The translations under genes and the position numbers were made by a program. Shown piece after piece: positions 10,783 through 24,129 of a stretch of 64,000 nt of DNA (its first letter is position 1; each line of letters opens with the position of its first letter). The DNA comes from Callorhinchus milii. Lineage: Eukaryota. Under the pieces are notes generated by a model, which saw only the letters and a program-made list of their open reading frames with translations, was not told the DNA's origin and searched no databases. The stretch lies in NCBI RefSeq assembly GCF_018977255.1, contig NW_024704742.1, forward strand, positions 117,182,001-117,246,000. Direction: 5' to 3'.

Positions 10783-13700
10783 TCAGGTAAAGAAACCTGA
10801 TCGATTCTTAGGTGCCCAGCTTTGGTGATCCAGTGAAATATTTGATTAAATGGCCTGCAACATAAGAAAATAAAACTAATGTCACACACAAGTACGTCGC
10901 CTGGTCCTATGCTCCCCCGGAGATTCCTTTCCTGGTGTATTGATGCGCTATCTGAACTATACTCACACCTTTTTCATTTAAGATCAAGTGATCAGTGAGG
11001 CTGCAATACACATACACATGTACACTGGAATTTGTGTGCTTGAGAGAGTGTAAAGTAGGAGTGGAGAATCTGGTGTGACAGTAGGTTTTAATCCAGTGCA
11101 TGACCCTGTTTATGACCCACTCTGTATTCATAAGGCAATTTAAAACCACCCCAGATATCAGTCCAAACATTATCAAATGCATCAGATCAGCATGGTACTA
11201 GAGCAGTGCAGTATTAGGAGCAAATAGACATTTATTCCCAACGAGGGGTTTGCAGGAGCCAAGATATTAATGTTGTTATAATATGAACCCATTCCATCCC
11301 CTACCTTTCAATTAATTGTAGTTTGCAAATTAATTTGATGTTTTATATTATATATATATTTATTTATATTCCTATCAATGGGCAGTGTGTATATTCTGTT
11401 TGTTTCTATGGGAATAAAAAAAATGATCATTGCAATGCAAAAACCAGCTACCCATCTTTTGTCCATTTTATTTTCCAGTTTTTATACCCTTTTATAACAC
11501 TGCATGAAAACTCACTATTATAGATCTGACTATTAGCGATCATGAGTAAATGACCCATCAGGGTGATTGCAATACTCCTCAGAAATGAAATCTTACAATA
11601 TCTTCCACCCCAGTTGTACATAGCTGGCCCATTCTGGTGAATTATATTCACCACTAGAAACAATTATTAACATAATAATCCACAACAGTGAAAAGCTTTG
11701 AACTGTAAATGCTCTGACAAAAGATCATTTTAAAACAAGAATGTACAAAATCAGCCAGTTGGTTACTATACATTTTTATATCATCTCCTCATGTACAAAC
11801 AAATCGTTCATTTACTTATCCATAACACAAAATAAAAATCACACGTTGATCAAACACAACCCCTAGTGTGTGTCCATTTGTTTATTTCAAACCTAAATGG
11901 CCTTTGACCTCATGTTTGCCTGTAAAATATGCATTGTGCCTCTCATGATATTGAACTATTAAAAATGAAATATTTGCAATGGAAATGCTAGAACTGGATA
12001 TTATAAGCAATTATCAATGTCTAAAATTAAATGTAATTTTAAAATGATCAGAATTATTTCAAATGGAATATAGTTTTATTAAATATGTCTTTGTTTCTGT
12101 TGAGTATCAGAAAGGCTTGTGTGTTTTCTGATGAATCATTTCATATGTGACAACCCAATTCTGCTCTTACCTGTAAAATGACAGTTAACAATTGCATTGT
12201 GAAATGGAGAGATCACAATTTATGTAATAGTACATCTTAAATTTAATATTGCCTTAATAAATGGAAAATAAAAAAGGAATGGTTTGGGCACACCTTTTTC
12301 CGTTTAATATCAAACAAATACAGGTTTGTTTTAAAATTCAATGTGTTATTCCAGTCCTGTTCTTTACAAAAGTGCAAGATAAAGTTGCAACATTGTTCTC
12401 AACAGAAGTATGATAGGTATTGCTTTCACTGGAAGAATACTGCTAAAATAATAACCACCACCCAAAGTAGCTAGCCATGGTAAAGTCATTTATATTTCAA
12501 AGGCCTTGTCACTGTGTTAATCAAAGATTCCATCCTTACAGAGAGGGAGGAGGAAAGACGTGTTAGGATCATCTTTGGAATGCTTGCCTTTGCTGAATCC
12601 CCTGTAATGTTTGGGAACTACATTACCTTGCAATTATTCTTCCAATGATAAGCATGCTTCACATATTTCTTCTGGTTTGTCCTGTAACACTTTAATCTGA
12701 GACAATTCTGGAGCTTGGCTCTGAAATGTTTTTTTTCTTAATAACAACTTAGAAACAGAGATCAGAGGAGACCTGACCTGCCTGTCTTTCAATGGACAAT
12801 ACAATATGTGGAATTTTTTTGTTCCAAATTTGCCTCTGTATAAAGTAAATTTCATGGCAAGATCAAATTGGAGGCATTACATGAGAATTTTCTGCTGGGG
12901 TTACTACCAAATTCACTTCCCTAGTAGTGTTTCTCACAGTAACCTGCTGCAGCCTTGAGGATAGCAGCTTAATCGTTCTTTGGGCAATCTCCCCATTGAA
13001 ATAATAGCACACCCAAAGGGCCAAAAGTTATGGTATTCCATAACACATTCCTTGTCTTAATTGGCACAAGGAATGTGTTAAGAAATATCGCAAGCTTCTC
13101 TTGGTCCATAATTAATGCCATATAAATTTAGATTTCTTCACTCACAATGTGACATTTATTAAGGAATTAGGAACAAATTTAATCAACACAAGGAACAGGT
13201 TAAGGAATACTATAAAGTTTGCCCCCAATAGTTTCGCATGTCCACATATGTCAGTTCTTAGACTGAAATTCACAAATACCTGACACCAGATCATAGGTGA
13301 AGTTCTCCTTCAGGGAAATTATGTGTTGATATTTGTATCACATTGGCAAACAAGGAAAGTTCAGGTCAAATACAACAATTTGTATTTATTTAGTGCCCTT
13401 CACCTGGGTAGCAACTTGGAGTGGAAGAGCAGTTTTACTGAGAGATCTCAATATAAACGGACAAATGGTCTTAACTTGGCATGTGGAACTGAAACTCTAA
13501 GATTGGATCTAAGCTCTCAAGCTTCAATACAAGGAAGGTCTGGATCTAAAATGTCCGATTAAATGATATATTTTCTTTTGTTCATTTTCAGGTTAAAGTG
13601 TTAATGGGTATAAGGGGTAATATGGTGAAATATCCAATGTGTCAGACCAAATTGCAAAACGTATCTATTATGAAATGTTGCATTTTTCACCTTTGTTTTC

Positions 13701-16560
13701 AGAAAGAGACTAACAAATTTCAAAACAGCTATTGTGCTTCACTGTGTAATATTTACCTGCCTCTGTAAAAACAGAATGAAAACTTTATGTCGGTGTCTTC
13801 CTCATGTTCTGGTGTTTTAAATATGTATGTGTAGTAAACCTAGTGCAGTATGTAACTGAGAACTCACTGCAGTTTTCTGTCCACCTGTCTCTGCCAGGGC
13901 CATCGCCAGAATTCAGTAGCCGGGAGACAAAACTCCTTTAACAATGCCATAATAATACATTAGCATTGAAATCAGAGCAGTTTGTAAACTCATAGAAATG
14001 AGAGAAAAAGTCCTTTAGTAAGTGATGCATACAGAATTTCAAACATTCTTAAAGAAATAATACTTCTGTCTACTGCCACCATATATCCAGTAAGGATAAG
14101 CTGTTCACAAATTATATATAATCCTCTTTAGATTCTTATAGTTTAAATCCAATACTATCATACAAAATCCTATAGGACTTTCCTATGCAGGCTTTATGTC
14201 AAAAAAAATTATGTACATATATTATATATACTGTAATTCCATACAATGGCCCCTTTAGAATGCTATAGTATTGTAACATTTTCTACAAATGTGACAAAGT
14301 AAAGATGTCTATAGGTATCATAAAATACTGAATTTGTTGTTTGTAACTGGCCATCGTATGTGTTCCAAGACCTACTTCAGCACTTTCACTTTACATGCTT
14401 CGAATCACAAATTAGATGGAAATTCCTCGTGAAGGCTGAGAGCAGATATCTGGAGACAAGGCTACATTAAATTTTACACATTGATGTAAAGGTATTTCAT
14501 GCCTATTATCCAGAAAAAATAAAATGTTCTGCAGGACAAAGTATTTTAACATGGAAAATATTCAGATTAACTTAATTAATTTCATAAAAAATGTAAAATA
14601 ACCCTCTAAAAGTACTAGAATGTCAAACAGAGTGGGCTTTTTCAAACATGCTTCTTCTCTTGACTTGTAACTTTGGGGTATTGTGATTATATCATAATAC
14701 TTCAATTTCTTAAACAATAGCATTCATAATCTGGACAAAATCACAAAATTTTGTAGGGTATTGGCACCCAAAGTATTGGAAATGTATCCCTATTCATATT
14801 ATAAAGGTATATCAAGTTTTATGACAGGAAAAGATCAACCGTTCTAACAAACCCATGGAGGATCTTTTTATTCTCAACCCCAACCTACCCACTTTTTCAC
14901 CATATCTCTCAATCCCTTTCTCCCCAGAAACATGTCTGGTTTTGTCCAAGTTCTAAAACAATAATGACATAAGTGTGCAGCTAATGTACATTTAGAGCAT
15001 CATATAACCCTGCTCAGAATAACAGGTTGCATTCCACCTAAGTGCAAAGTATTATATGTGTTACAGCAAAACACTTCAATTCTATTTACATTTCTTAAAC
15101 TTTCAATAAGCATATTGATTTCAGAAATCCTCTGTTTAATTTTAGACCATCTAATAAATCATTGTTGTATCGCATCCATTGTCCCATTTTATTGGGGTGA
15201 AAAATGCAAATTTCATAACAATTTCAAATAATAATTCAAATCTGTTATGATTTGAATTTTTTTTCACCCATAATGTTTATGATGATGCTGAATACACATT
15301 TTACTGCTGTACCACCAACTGTACATCATAACATTAAACATATAGCTGGTTTAATAGCATAGATTAGTATAAGCCCTCCAAATTTGCAAATCATGGCACC
15401 TTTCCATGTTGCTGAAATATTAACTAATGAATACCTCCTAGAATTGTTGTGGCCCTTATACTTAAGTAATAATGTCCTAGATGCTGTTCTATGTATATAG
15501 TAATGTAGTTTGACTTTTGAGCATTCCAAGTCAAAAATTCTCTGAAATTCAATGCAGTTTTTCTGATTTATATTTACCTGATGAAATATTTCATCCATGT
15601 AGGAAACAATACTATAATTGTCATCATTGTCATTTGCATACACACAACATATAGACAGTGGTATTATAGCACTGAGTCTTTACAAGCTACACAAAGATGC
15701 AATTATATTAGGGTAAGTCCATGAAATACAATATAAGTGAAAAACAACTCAAAGACTAAAACCAAGCCAATGAGAGATAACATTGGGTGGCTGCAGCTCT
15801 TGCTCTAACAAAAACACTCACTCTGCTATGCATCAGCTCAATAAGAATTACTGAAAGGGCTTCATGTAGTTTCATTACTGGATTTCTGAGTGGGTGAATT
15901 TCTAGCATTTGTGATCCTTTGAGGATCTGATTTTCTACAGATGTACAATTTATAAAGATATGTACATTGAAAATTCAACCTATCTGAAATCAGTTATAAA
16001 ACAGGACAGACAGATTACAGATGAATAAATTACTTTATATTTAATTAGATGTGGCAAACTTGTATAATTTGCACTGCATATGACTGTGTAACCCTGCTCT
16101 CCTATCCTAAATGTTGGCGATGTCCCTGACATTTAACACAAGTTCCCTACATCTCTCTATGATAAAGTTTTGAAATAAAACACACAATCATCTATCCTGC
16201 GGTTTGCTTGCTATTATGTGTCAGCTGCCTGTGCTCAAGATTTCTGAATTTTTCTGTTCAAGATGTTCAAAACTGGGATGCAGCTTTGCTTGTGTGCTTC
16301 AACCTATGGGATTTTTGTACACCTGAAACTGAAGTGTGTTGGCCATAAAATCTCTGAAAGCAGTGTCTATACTTGTGAAAGGGCATGTCATGTGTAGAAT
16401 GACTGTATGTACAAGTTAAATCTAAAAACTATGTGGAATTGTGCATAAAAAAAATATTGCCAAATAATTATTGTTGTGACAAATAAAAAGGTTTAATGTG
16501 AGCCACATGAAAGTGGAAGCATTTTTTGCCCTGCAGTGTTAAGTTAAATAAAACAGCAAT
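10783..16560 (+). other. SV2C: Probable long SV2C 3'UTR (3' end uncertain)
   Basis: AT-rich and depleted of young SINE/L2 copies; AATAAA cluster at 16024, 16174, 16482, 16547 just before dense repeats resume; earlier AATAAA sites also exist. Confidence 0.35.
13018..13226. repeat. Fold-back/MITE-like element with internal perfect 15-bp inverted repeat
   Basis: taacacattccttgt (13041-13055) / acaaggaatgtgtta (13066-13080); outer imperfect TIR gggccaaaagttatggtattcc ... ggaatactataaagtttgccc. Confidence 0.6.
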
Positions 16561-18044
16561 GTTCCCTTAAGAAATACTTGCAATGGTGTTTTTATTAATG
16601 GCTGTGTGCATTATGATTGGTTATTCTTTGGGGTCAGCTGGGTGTCTTGACAAATCCAGAAACCCAATACCATATTCAAGAGTATTCAAACCAAACTCAG
16701 AGGTCCACATATGCACGACACCTACACATGAACATTTACCTGTGTCTGAATTGGAATGTGTTTTGTCTCCCTGAAGGGACTCATCCTGGTTACCTGATTC
16801 TAGAAAGTATTAGGTACAGGTTGACAAGAACTAAGGTTTAGGATCTCCAGATGTGCGCATTGGGTTACTGCTGGAGTTGGGAGCTGAGATAGTGTTGGCA
16901 GAGTTTTACTTTGCGGATATCCCAGCCAAGCCTGGTCTTGTCCTCATCCAATATCTATGCAGGGAAGCTTCAAACAGGGGTCTCTGAACAATGATTAGGA
17001 GCAGAAAACCTAACTAATTTCTCCTCACAAACCTAGGAGCATGGCGAATGTTAAAACATCTCAATGAGCTTTTACAGAATTTTACTTTCAAGTGCAGTGA
17101 CTGTACGTTTCGTAGACAAATGTGATACTCAATTTACCCACAGTGATGTCCCCAAACAACCACAAGTGAATGACCAACTTTATCTGAGGGATTGTTGACC
17201 AGGACACCGGGAGAAACTCCCTTCTCTTTCTGAGTAGTGCCTTTAACATCCATCTGACAAAAGCAGACAGGGTCTCATTTTAATGTTTCATCTGAAGGAT
17301 GGCAACTCTAACAATACAGCGCACCTCAAGAATTGCATTGGAGTATAGGCTAGCCTCTGAGCTCAAAGTCCCAACATCTATCTTTAATGTTAACCATCCC
17401 TTCTGTTTAAAATTCTGATTCACCTGCTGTACATTTGTAGCATTAGCAGGTTTTCCTTTTATCAATACTAATTATGCCTGGAAGGCATCTACTCAGTACA
17501 TGAAAGTTTTTAAATATAGTAACAAGAACTAACTAGCCAATTTAAACTGACTTTTCGACTATTCTCATGAATATTAAGAAACTCAATCCCCCTTTTAGAA
17601 TTTTGTTAGAAAATAATGAGATGTTGTAAACTTCTTAGAACTGTAATCTACAAGTGATTTGAAGCATTCATGGAGTCTCTGCTCAGATGATCAAATTACC
17701 TTTATTGTTCCATGTTTCTGAAGTCTTTTTATAAACTGCGGTGCAGTGAATAATTCAAGAACATGTCTTTCATTGTTAATGAAGATTCAAGTTTAAATAA
17801 TTTAAACTCTTCCTTGATGTACATTATTACATTTTTGATAAGCGCTGCTTCTGTTAAAATAAACAGACAGGAATCAAGTAGGTGCAATTAGTTATTTTGT
17901 GATCAGTCAAAAAAGGCTGCTAGATGGGAAGAATTGATGAACAGACAATAGTTTCCAGGAAGATTTCTGTATTCTAATTCCAAAAATGTTACTGTCATGT
18001 TCGTAAAGTGATTATACGCCAAGATTCTCTAAAAAGGTATAAAT

Positions 18045-18266
18045 TAATAATAATCCTTGCATTTGATATAGCATCTTATCATGTCTTCGAGATGTCTCAA
18101 AGTGCTTCACAGAATATACTGTGAAGCGAATTGACGGTATATTTTGTGGGGGAAACGCAGCTGCCAATTGCACACAGCAGTGTCCCACAAATAGTCGTGG
18201 ATTGAAGTGACCACATTATTTTTTTGAAGGGATTATTACCCCCGGAAAAGCAATCCACCAATCAAC

Positions 18267-18315
<49 letters not shown>

Positions 18316-18655
18316 CCTTGCATTTGATAGAGCGCTTTTCACGTCGGGAGGACGTCCCAAAGCGCTTCACAGAACACACTGTAAAGTGAATTGACTGTAT
18401 ATTTGTGGGCGAACGAGGCAGCCAATTGCGCACAGCAATGTCCCACAAACAGTCGTAGATTGAAAATGACCAATTTATTATTGTTTTTGGTGTTGGAGGG
18501 ATTATTATTAATAACTGGGTTTGTATGTATTGCCAGGTAAAAAGAGGAATGTGGAGTAAGGAAACTTGCCTAAGTTTTCGCCCTGCCGGGTAATCAAACC
18601 CAGGTCCTCTCGCTTGTAAGGCGAGTGCTCTCATCAATACACTACAGGACTCCAC
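18045..18655 (-). mobile_element. Nested SINEs: old long-form copy interrupted by a 5'-truncated young copy (~18266-18510)
   Basis: Two tails and one head; the long-form internal segment resumes after the (TTA)n run. Confidence 0.8.
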
Positions 18656-18661
18656 ACCTGA

Positions 18662-18830
18662 GGCTAGATTTACTCTATTTGCGTAGCATTTTGTTCAGAA
18701 TTTGACACATTGTTGAATTCTGTCTTGTCTTTGAAGTAAAATTTTTGTAGTGCTTAAAAGAACCTGTAGGAAAACAGCCTCAACATTTGCGAAATTCTGG
18801 ACACCACATAAATAAAGTAAATCTAGACCC
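18662..18830. repeat. Small MITE-like element
   Basis: Imperfect ~25-bp TIRs ggctagatttactctatttgcgtag ... ccacataaataaagtaaatctagacc. Confidence 0.5.
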
Positions 18831-19724
18831 AAAAGCAATATCTACCCGAGCGTATTGTTTCCACTATCCTAGTACCCAGAGAGCTAACTGCGAAATTAGT
18901 GCACACACTGTTAGACAGTAAGGCTAGCACAACATCCCCACTGCTTTATTGAGGATTAGAGATTGTCTCTCCCAAAATATGTCAGTTTCCTTGGCGTTGA
19001 TCCCAGTTTTTAATATTTTCAGGATGTATTTTAAAGATTGGTGACGCATACCATACCATTCAAAATATTGAAAGTGCTAAGTTGAGCTGTGATGAAAATA
19101 GTACTTTGCTGTCGGTCATTGCTTTGTGACTTGACTTTAATAGAAAACCTAAATTGACATGACCAAACAAATCAATAGCAGCAACAAATCCCCACTGGCT
19201 CTGAGCCTGAATGGTTAGGGTGAAGGCGAGATGGCAAACACTGTGTGGATAACCTGCTGTGTGCAAAATTGATACACTGTTTGCCTACAAATACACAATC
19301 ACTATACATGTCAACAATTTCCAGTGACTTGCTTTGGGACATTTTGATGTTACAGGCACATTTTGATGTCAAATCCAAAGATTCTTTTCATATTATTATT
19401 ATTATTATATTCTAATCATGAAGAAAGTGAATTTGAATTGGCATGTTAATTAACATTAACAAAAGAACTTTCAACTGAGAAAGCAATAGTTAAATGCAAA
19501 TCTAGTAGGACACGGGTAAAGATCCATACACTGATGCTGGGCTTGCTCCATGGGTACCAGAAGTTTTGCAGTACTTCCTGCTGACAGTAATGCAAACTTA
19601 CCCCGCTCCCACTGCAGGTGGAATCCATGGTGCTGGTGGGAGTATAGAACCAAATAGACAAGCACAGTCTCATGCACAAGCATTTACTTCCAAAATTGCG
19701 AATTACAACTGTGAATGGAAGGAA

Positions 19725-19850
19725 GTTGGCTCTCGTCCAAGACTTGATGTCTGACAGACAATTAGCCAGGCCAGCATTGGTCCTGGAGTAGAGGGTGGAG
19801 GCGGCGAGATAGAGTTGGGTGTCATCCGCATACATGTGGAAATTGACCCC
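19725..19850 (-). mobile_element. Short L2 reverse-transcriptase fragment
   Basis: MYADDTQLYL motif. Confidence 0.8.
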
Positions 19851-19895
19851 ATGTTAATTAATGATACAAATGTAATCTTGTTGTTGTTGTTAATG

Positions 19896-21383
19896 GTCAT
19901 CACTTCTCAGCTTCACTATTTCCTCTCCCAGCATTCCCTCCATGAACCCCTCCAATCTGGGTTTCGTGCTGCTCACAGCATAGAGACAGCCCTGGTAAAT
20001 GTGAGAAATGACAGTCTGTCCACTTGTGACCAGGGCTCTCAGTGTCTCCTCTTCCTTCTTGACCTCTCGGCCGCTTTTGATACCTTTGGCCACTCTATTC
20101 TTCTCCAACACAGATTAGATAGTTTCCTTTTAGGAAATAACATTGTGGGATATAGTACATAGGTAGTTTGGGACATATGTGCATTTCATCGGTCATTTCT
20201 TATGTTCTTATACGTTCTCTACTGCCTTTCCTCTCATCTCCACCTCAACGGTTTTGTCATTGCCTGGTTCCAATCCTACCTTTCCCATCATCTGGACTTT
20301 GTGTCCCCTAATGGCTTCTCCAATAGCCCCCGCAATGTCCTATGTGGCATCCCTCAGGGCTCTGTCCTCGGTCGCCTCCTTTCAATCTATACATGTTCCC
20401 GATCAGTGATGTCATCTGCAGGCATAGTGTCAATTTTCACGTGTATGTGGATGACACCCAACTCTATCTCACCGCCTCCATCCTCGACTCCAGGACTGTT
20501 GATGTCCTGGCAAATTGTCTGTTTGGCATCAAGTCCTGGATGAGAGCCAACTTCCTATAGTTGAATGTTAGCAAGACAGAGGCCCTCCTGCTTGGCTACA
20601 GGCAGTGCCTCCTCACCTCAGCCGCTGACATTATTACTATTCATGGCTGCACTCTTCACTTCACCGAGCCAATACTTGGTGTCCTTTTGACCCTCAGCTA
20701 TCCTTCAAACCCCACATTCGTGCCGTGACCCGTTCCGTCTTTTCACACCTCTGCAACTTTGCCCACCTCCTCTACTCACCATAGGCTGCTGGGCCCTTAT
20801 CCACACTTTCATCACATCCTGACTTCACTACGTCAATTGCCTGCTTGCTGGACTTCCCAACTTCTCCATCCACAAGCTGCAGATTATTCAGAACTCTGCA
20901 GCTCGTGTCCTCTCCTGCACTAGGCTCCACACACCGATCACTCCCATCCTTGCCCAGTTTCACTGGACCCCATCCCTCAAAGAATCAAGTTCAAAACCCT
21001 TATTCAAACCTTCAAAGCCCTCCAAGCCCCTACCTCTGCGACCTCCTAACCCCATAACAGCCTGTCCTCTCCCTCCACTTAGTGGACATCGGCCTCGCAC
21101 TTCCCGACCCATTGGTGGTCGGGCATTCAGCATCTCTGGGAACTGGGAACTCTCTTCCCCATACTCTGGAACTGTATCCTGCAATCCCTCTGCCTCACCT
21201 CCTTTAAGTTCTGTCTAAAGACCTTCCTCTTCAACCGTGACTTCGGCCACTGTCCCACACCCCCTGCCCTCCACCCCTCCTGACCGCAACTTCCAGCTCG
21301 GGTCCAAAAACCTTGATTGTCCAGTGCCCTGGGATGTCACTCCGATGTGAAGGGCGCTATACAAGTGTAATTTGTTATTGTTG
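19896..21383 (+). mobile_element. Decayed L2 LINE (RT domain to 3' end) with an internal CR1-tail insertion
   Basis: QSGFRAAHSIETAL, LLDLSAAFDT, GIPQGSVLG, YVDDTQLY motifs with frameshifts; (TTG) tail. Confidence 0.9.
20106..20214 (+). mobile_element. CR1 3'-end fragment inserted in L2
   Basis: HRLDSFLLGNNIVGY; ttcttatgttctta terminus. Confidence 0.8.
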
Positions 21384-21827
21384 TGTACAAAAGAAACAGT
21401 CTATCCTGTACAGGCAGGCTGAATCTCACTCATTATAATAAAAAGATTGTTGCTTTCAGCAATCAGTATAAGTTGTACATCATGGTACTTAAAACGTTTG
21501 TCCATCTGCATCTGCTTCCATTCCCTTTTGTCTATTGGAGTTAAAGGCATATCTACACTTACAAGATTCAATAATAGGCGAGTCATCAACAACACTTTGA
21601 AATATTGCAGATTATCCTTGCTTTGCCCTGGGAGCCAGTTCATCTGCAGGAAGAGTCCACTTACCTCTTCTGAAGGAGGATAGTTTTTACACATGGAATT
21701 CATTTTATTAATTCAAAAAACTGAGGGGCTGAGTGAACCCACTGCAGTTTAAACAAAGAATCTTCAATCCTATATCGGATACTAAGTTACTTCAGTATCT
21801 TTAACTCTTCAGGCAAAAGCCTAAAAG

Positions 21828-22164
21828 ATAATAATAATAATAATAATAAAAATAATAATAATAAGAATAGTACTTGCATTTGATGTAGCGCTTTTTACGC
21901 CTTATAGACGTTTCAAAGCGCTTCACAGAATATGCTGTAAAGTGAATTGACCGTATATTTTGTGGGCGAAATGCGGCAGCCAATTGCGCACAGCAGTATC
22001 CCACAAACATTCGTGGACTGAAAATGATCAATTTTATTATTGTTTTGTTTTGGAGGGATTATTACTAGGCGTGTGGAGTAAGGAAATGTGCCCAAGGTTT
22101 CGCCCTACCTGGAATTGAACCCAGGTGTCTCGCTTGCAAGTGGAGTGCCCTAACCACTGAGCTA
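21828..22164 (-). mobile_element. tRNA-derived Deu-domain SINE copy
   Basis: Head, core and (TTA)n tail match the family. Confidence 0.85.
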
Positions 22165-23261
22165 GAGAAGATAGCCAGGCAGCAATAAGTACACTGACAA
22201 CAGACTGACAAAAGATCCGAAATTCCAAGAGACTCAATTTTGTTTTAAACTTCTAAATTAATATTGAATTTAAGATTTTTCCCCATGATTTTAATTTTAA
22301 GACAAAATGGTCTCACAGACCAATGTGTGGTGGAATTTCAACATAAATCAGCTGTCAAGCATTACTGTGGACATTTGTGAGGTGTACTTCCTCACAGACT
22401 ATTCAACCCCAGTAAGTATTGTCATTGTCCTCAAAAAGGGAAGCAATCTAAGTGGACCCACCAGGATTTAAACCCAAACATTCTGATTTCAAGTGATAAT
22501 AAGACGAAGTCTAAGATCAACTGACTAAGCTCCTAGGTGCTCTTCTGTTGAAAGTAATAATAATCCTTACATTTGATATAGTACCTTATCATGTAGTTGA
22601 GACATCTCAAAGTGCTTTGCAGAATTGAATTGATTGTATACTTTGTGAGCAAAACAGGCTGTAACACATTATAACTCTGTTTTTCCTTAACAGTGGCATG
22701 AAAGGTAACTCTTTGAGTTTTGTAGTAGTAGTTTTGTATCATTCCTACTTTTAAATGGTCAAGCAGGTGGATCCAGTTTGCACACAAGTCATTTCAAACC
22801 AGTCATAACTCAGTCACAAGCACAGATCTTCCCAAAGGCATCCCCATTAGCGGTGTCTCATATAAACATTAAACAATTACAAAGAATTACCATCAACTTG
22901 AAACTGTTTTTTTCCCCTTTCATTTCTATTGAATTTCTTGAAAATTTTAATTTAAACAGTGAGTGTTGTTGACATTCATTGAAGGAACTAGCTTGGAAGA
23001 GTTGCTCAGCCTCACGGCGCGAGAGAGATGAATTAGCACACAGAATAGAAGTGACATGTTCACTGAAGCATCCCAAGTCATTTCTAGATATGCTAATTCA
23101 ACCCCCTCACATTATAAAGCCTCAGTACTCTTCCAACTTTTCTCTCAAGCTAATGCTGTCAGTGCTCACATTTTAAACAGAAACCTTTCCGAGTGCACCA
23201 TGAGTCTGAGAATTATTACAAATATCAAAATCACAAAGACCCCAATAATAAGTCCCGTAAG

Positions 23262-23490
23262 GTAGTGGTTAGCATGACCCCCTTATAAGCAAGAGGCCCC
23301 GGGTTCAATTCCTGGGCAGGGCGAAACTTCAGGCAAATTTCTTTACTTGATACGCCTCTGTTTACCTAGCAGTAGTAAGAATCCCTAAAACATAAAAGGT
23401 CACTCAATCCACGACTTTTTGTAGGACACTGCTGTACGCAATTGGCTGCTGAGTTTTGCCCACAAAATACACAGTCTATCCACTTTACAT
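23262..23490 (+). mobile_element. Degenerate long-form SINE copy lacking its tail
   Basis: B box GGTTCAATTCC, GGGCGAAAC, core motif; abuts an L2 fragment. Confidence 0.7.
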
Positions 23491-23491
23491 T

Positions 23492-24075
23492 CTGACAGGA
23501 CAGGAGTGGTCCTGGAGTCAAGGGTGGAGACAGAGAGATAGAGTTGGGTATCATCTGCATACATGTGAAAGTTGACTCCATGTCTGCGGATGATGTCACC
23601 AAGAGGGAGCATATAGATATTGAAAAGGAAGGGACCAAGTAGAGCCCTGAGGAACACCGTACGAGACAGTGCGGGGGCTAGAGGAGAAGCCGTTTGTGGA
23701 GATGAAGTGGAAGTAGTGTGAGAGGAACAATCTGAACCAGTCAAGAACAGCCATGAAGGTTGAGGTGAGAGGTGGTGGATGAGGATAGCGTGGTCCACGG
23801 TGTCGAAGGCAGCAGAGAGGTTGAGGAGGATGAGGAGGCAGAGGGAGTCCTGGTTGCAGATGGACAAAATGTCATTTGTCACTTTGACTATAGCTTTTCT
23901 ATGCTGTGAGCGGTATGGAAACCCGATTGGAGTGGTTCGAGAAGGGAGTGGCGGGAGAGGAAGGAGCGAAGCTGAGAAGCAACAACTTGGTCCAGAACCT
24001 TGGAGAGGAAAGGGAGGTTGGAGATGGGGCAGTAGTTTGGGAGTAGAGATGGGTCCAGGGAGGGTGGGAACAGTA
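23492..24075 (-). mobile_element. L2 RT-domain fragment
   Basis: LNLSAAFDTVDH, LGPFLFNIYMLPLG, YADDTQLY. Confidence 0.9.
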
Positions 24076-24129
24076 CCAGTGGACAGGGAGAGGTTTATGA
24101 TGTTAGTGAGTAAAGGGGCAAGGAGGTGG

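Noticed and set aside
14110..14290. CCTATAGG-rich segment resembling ancient conserved repeat families
   Set aside because: Resemblance too vague to assign without a database search
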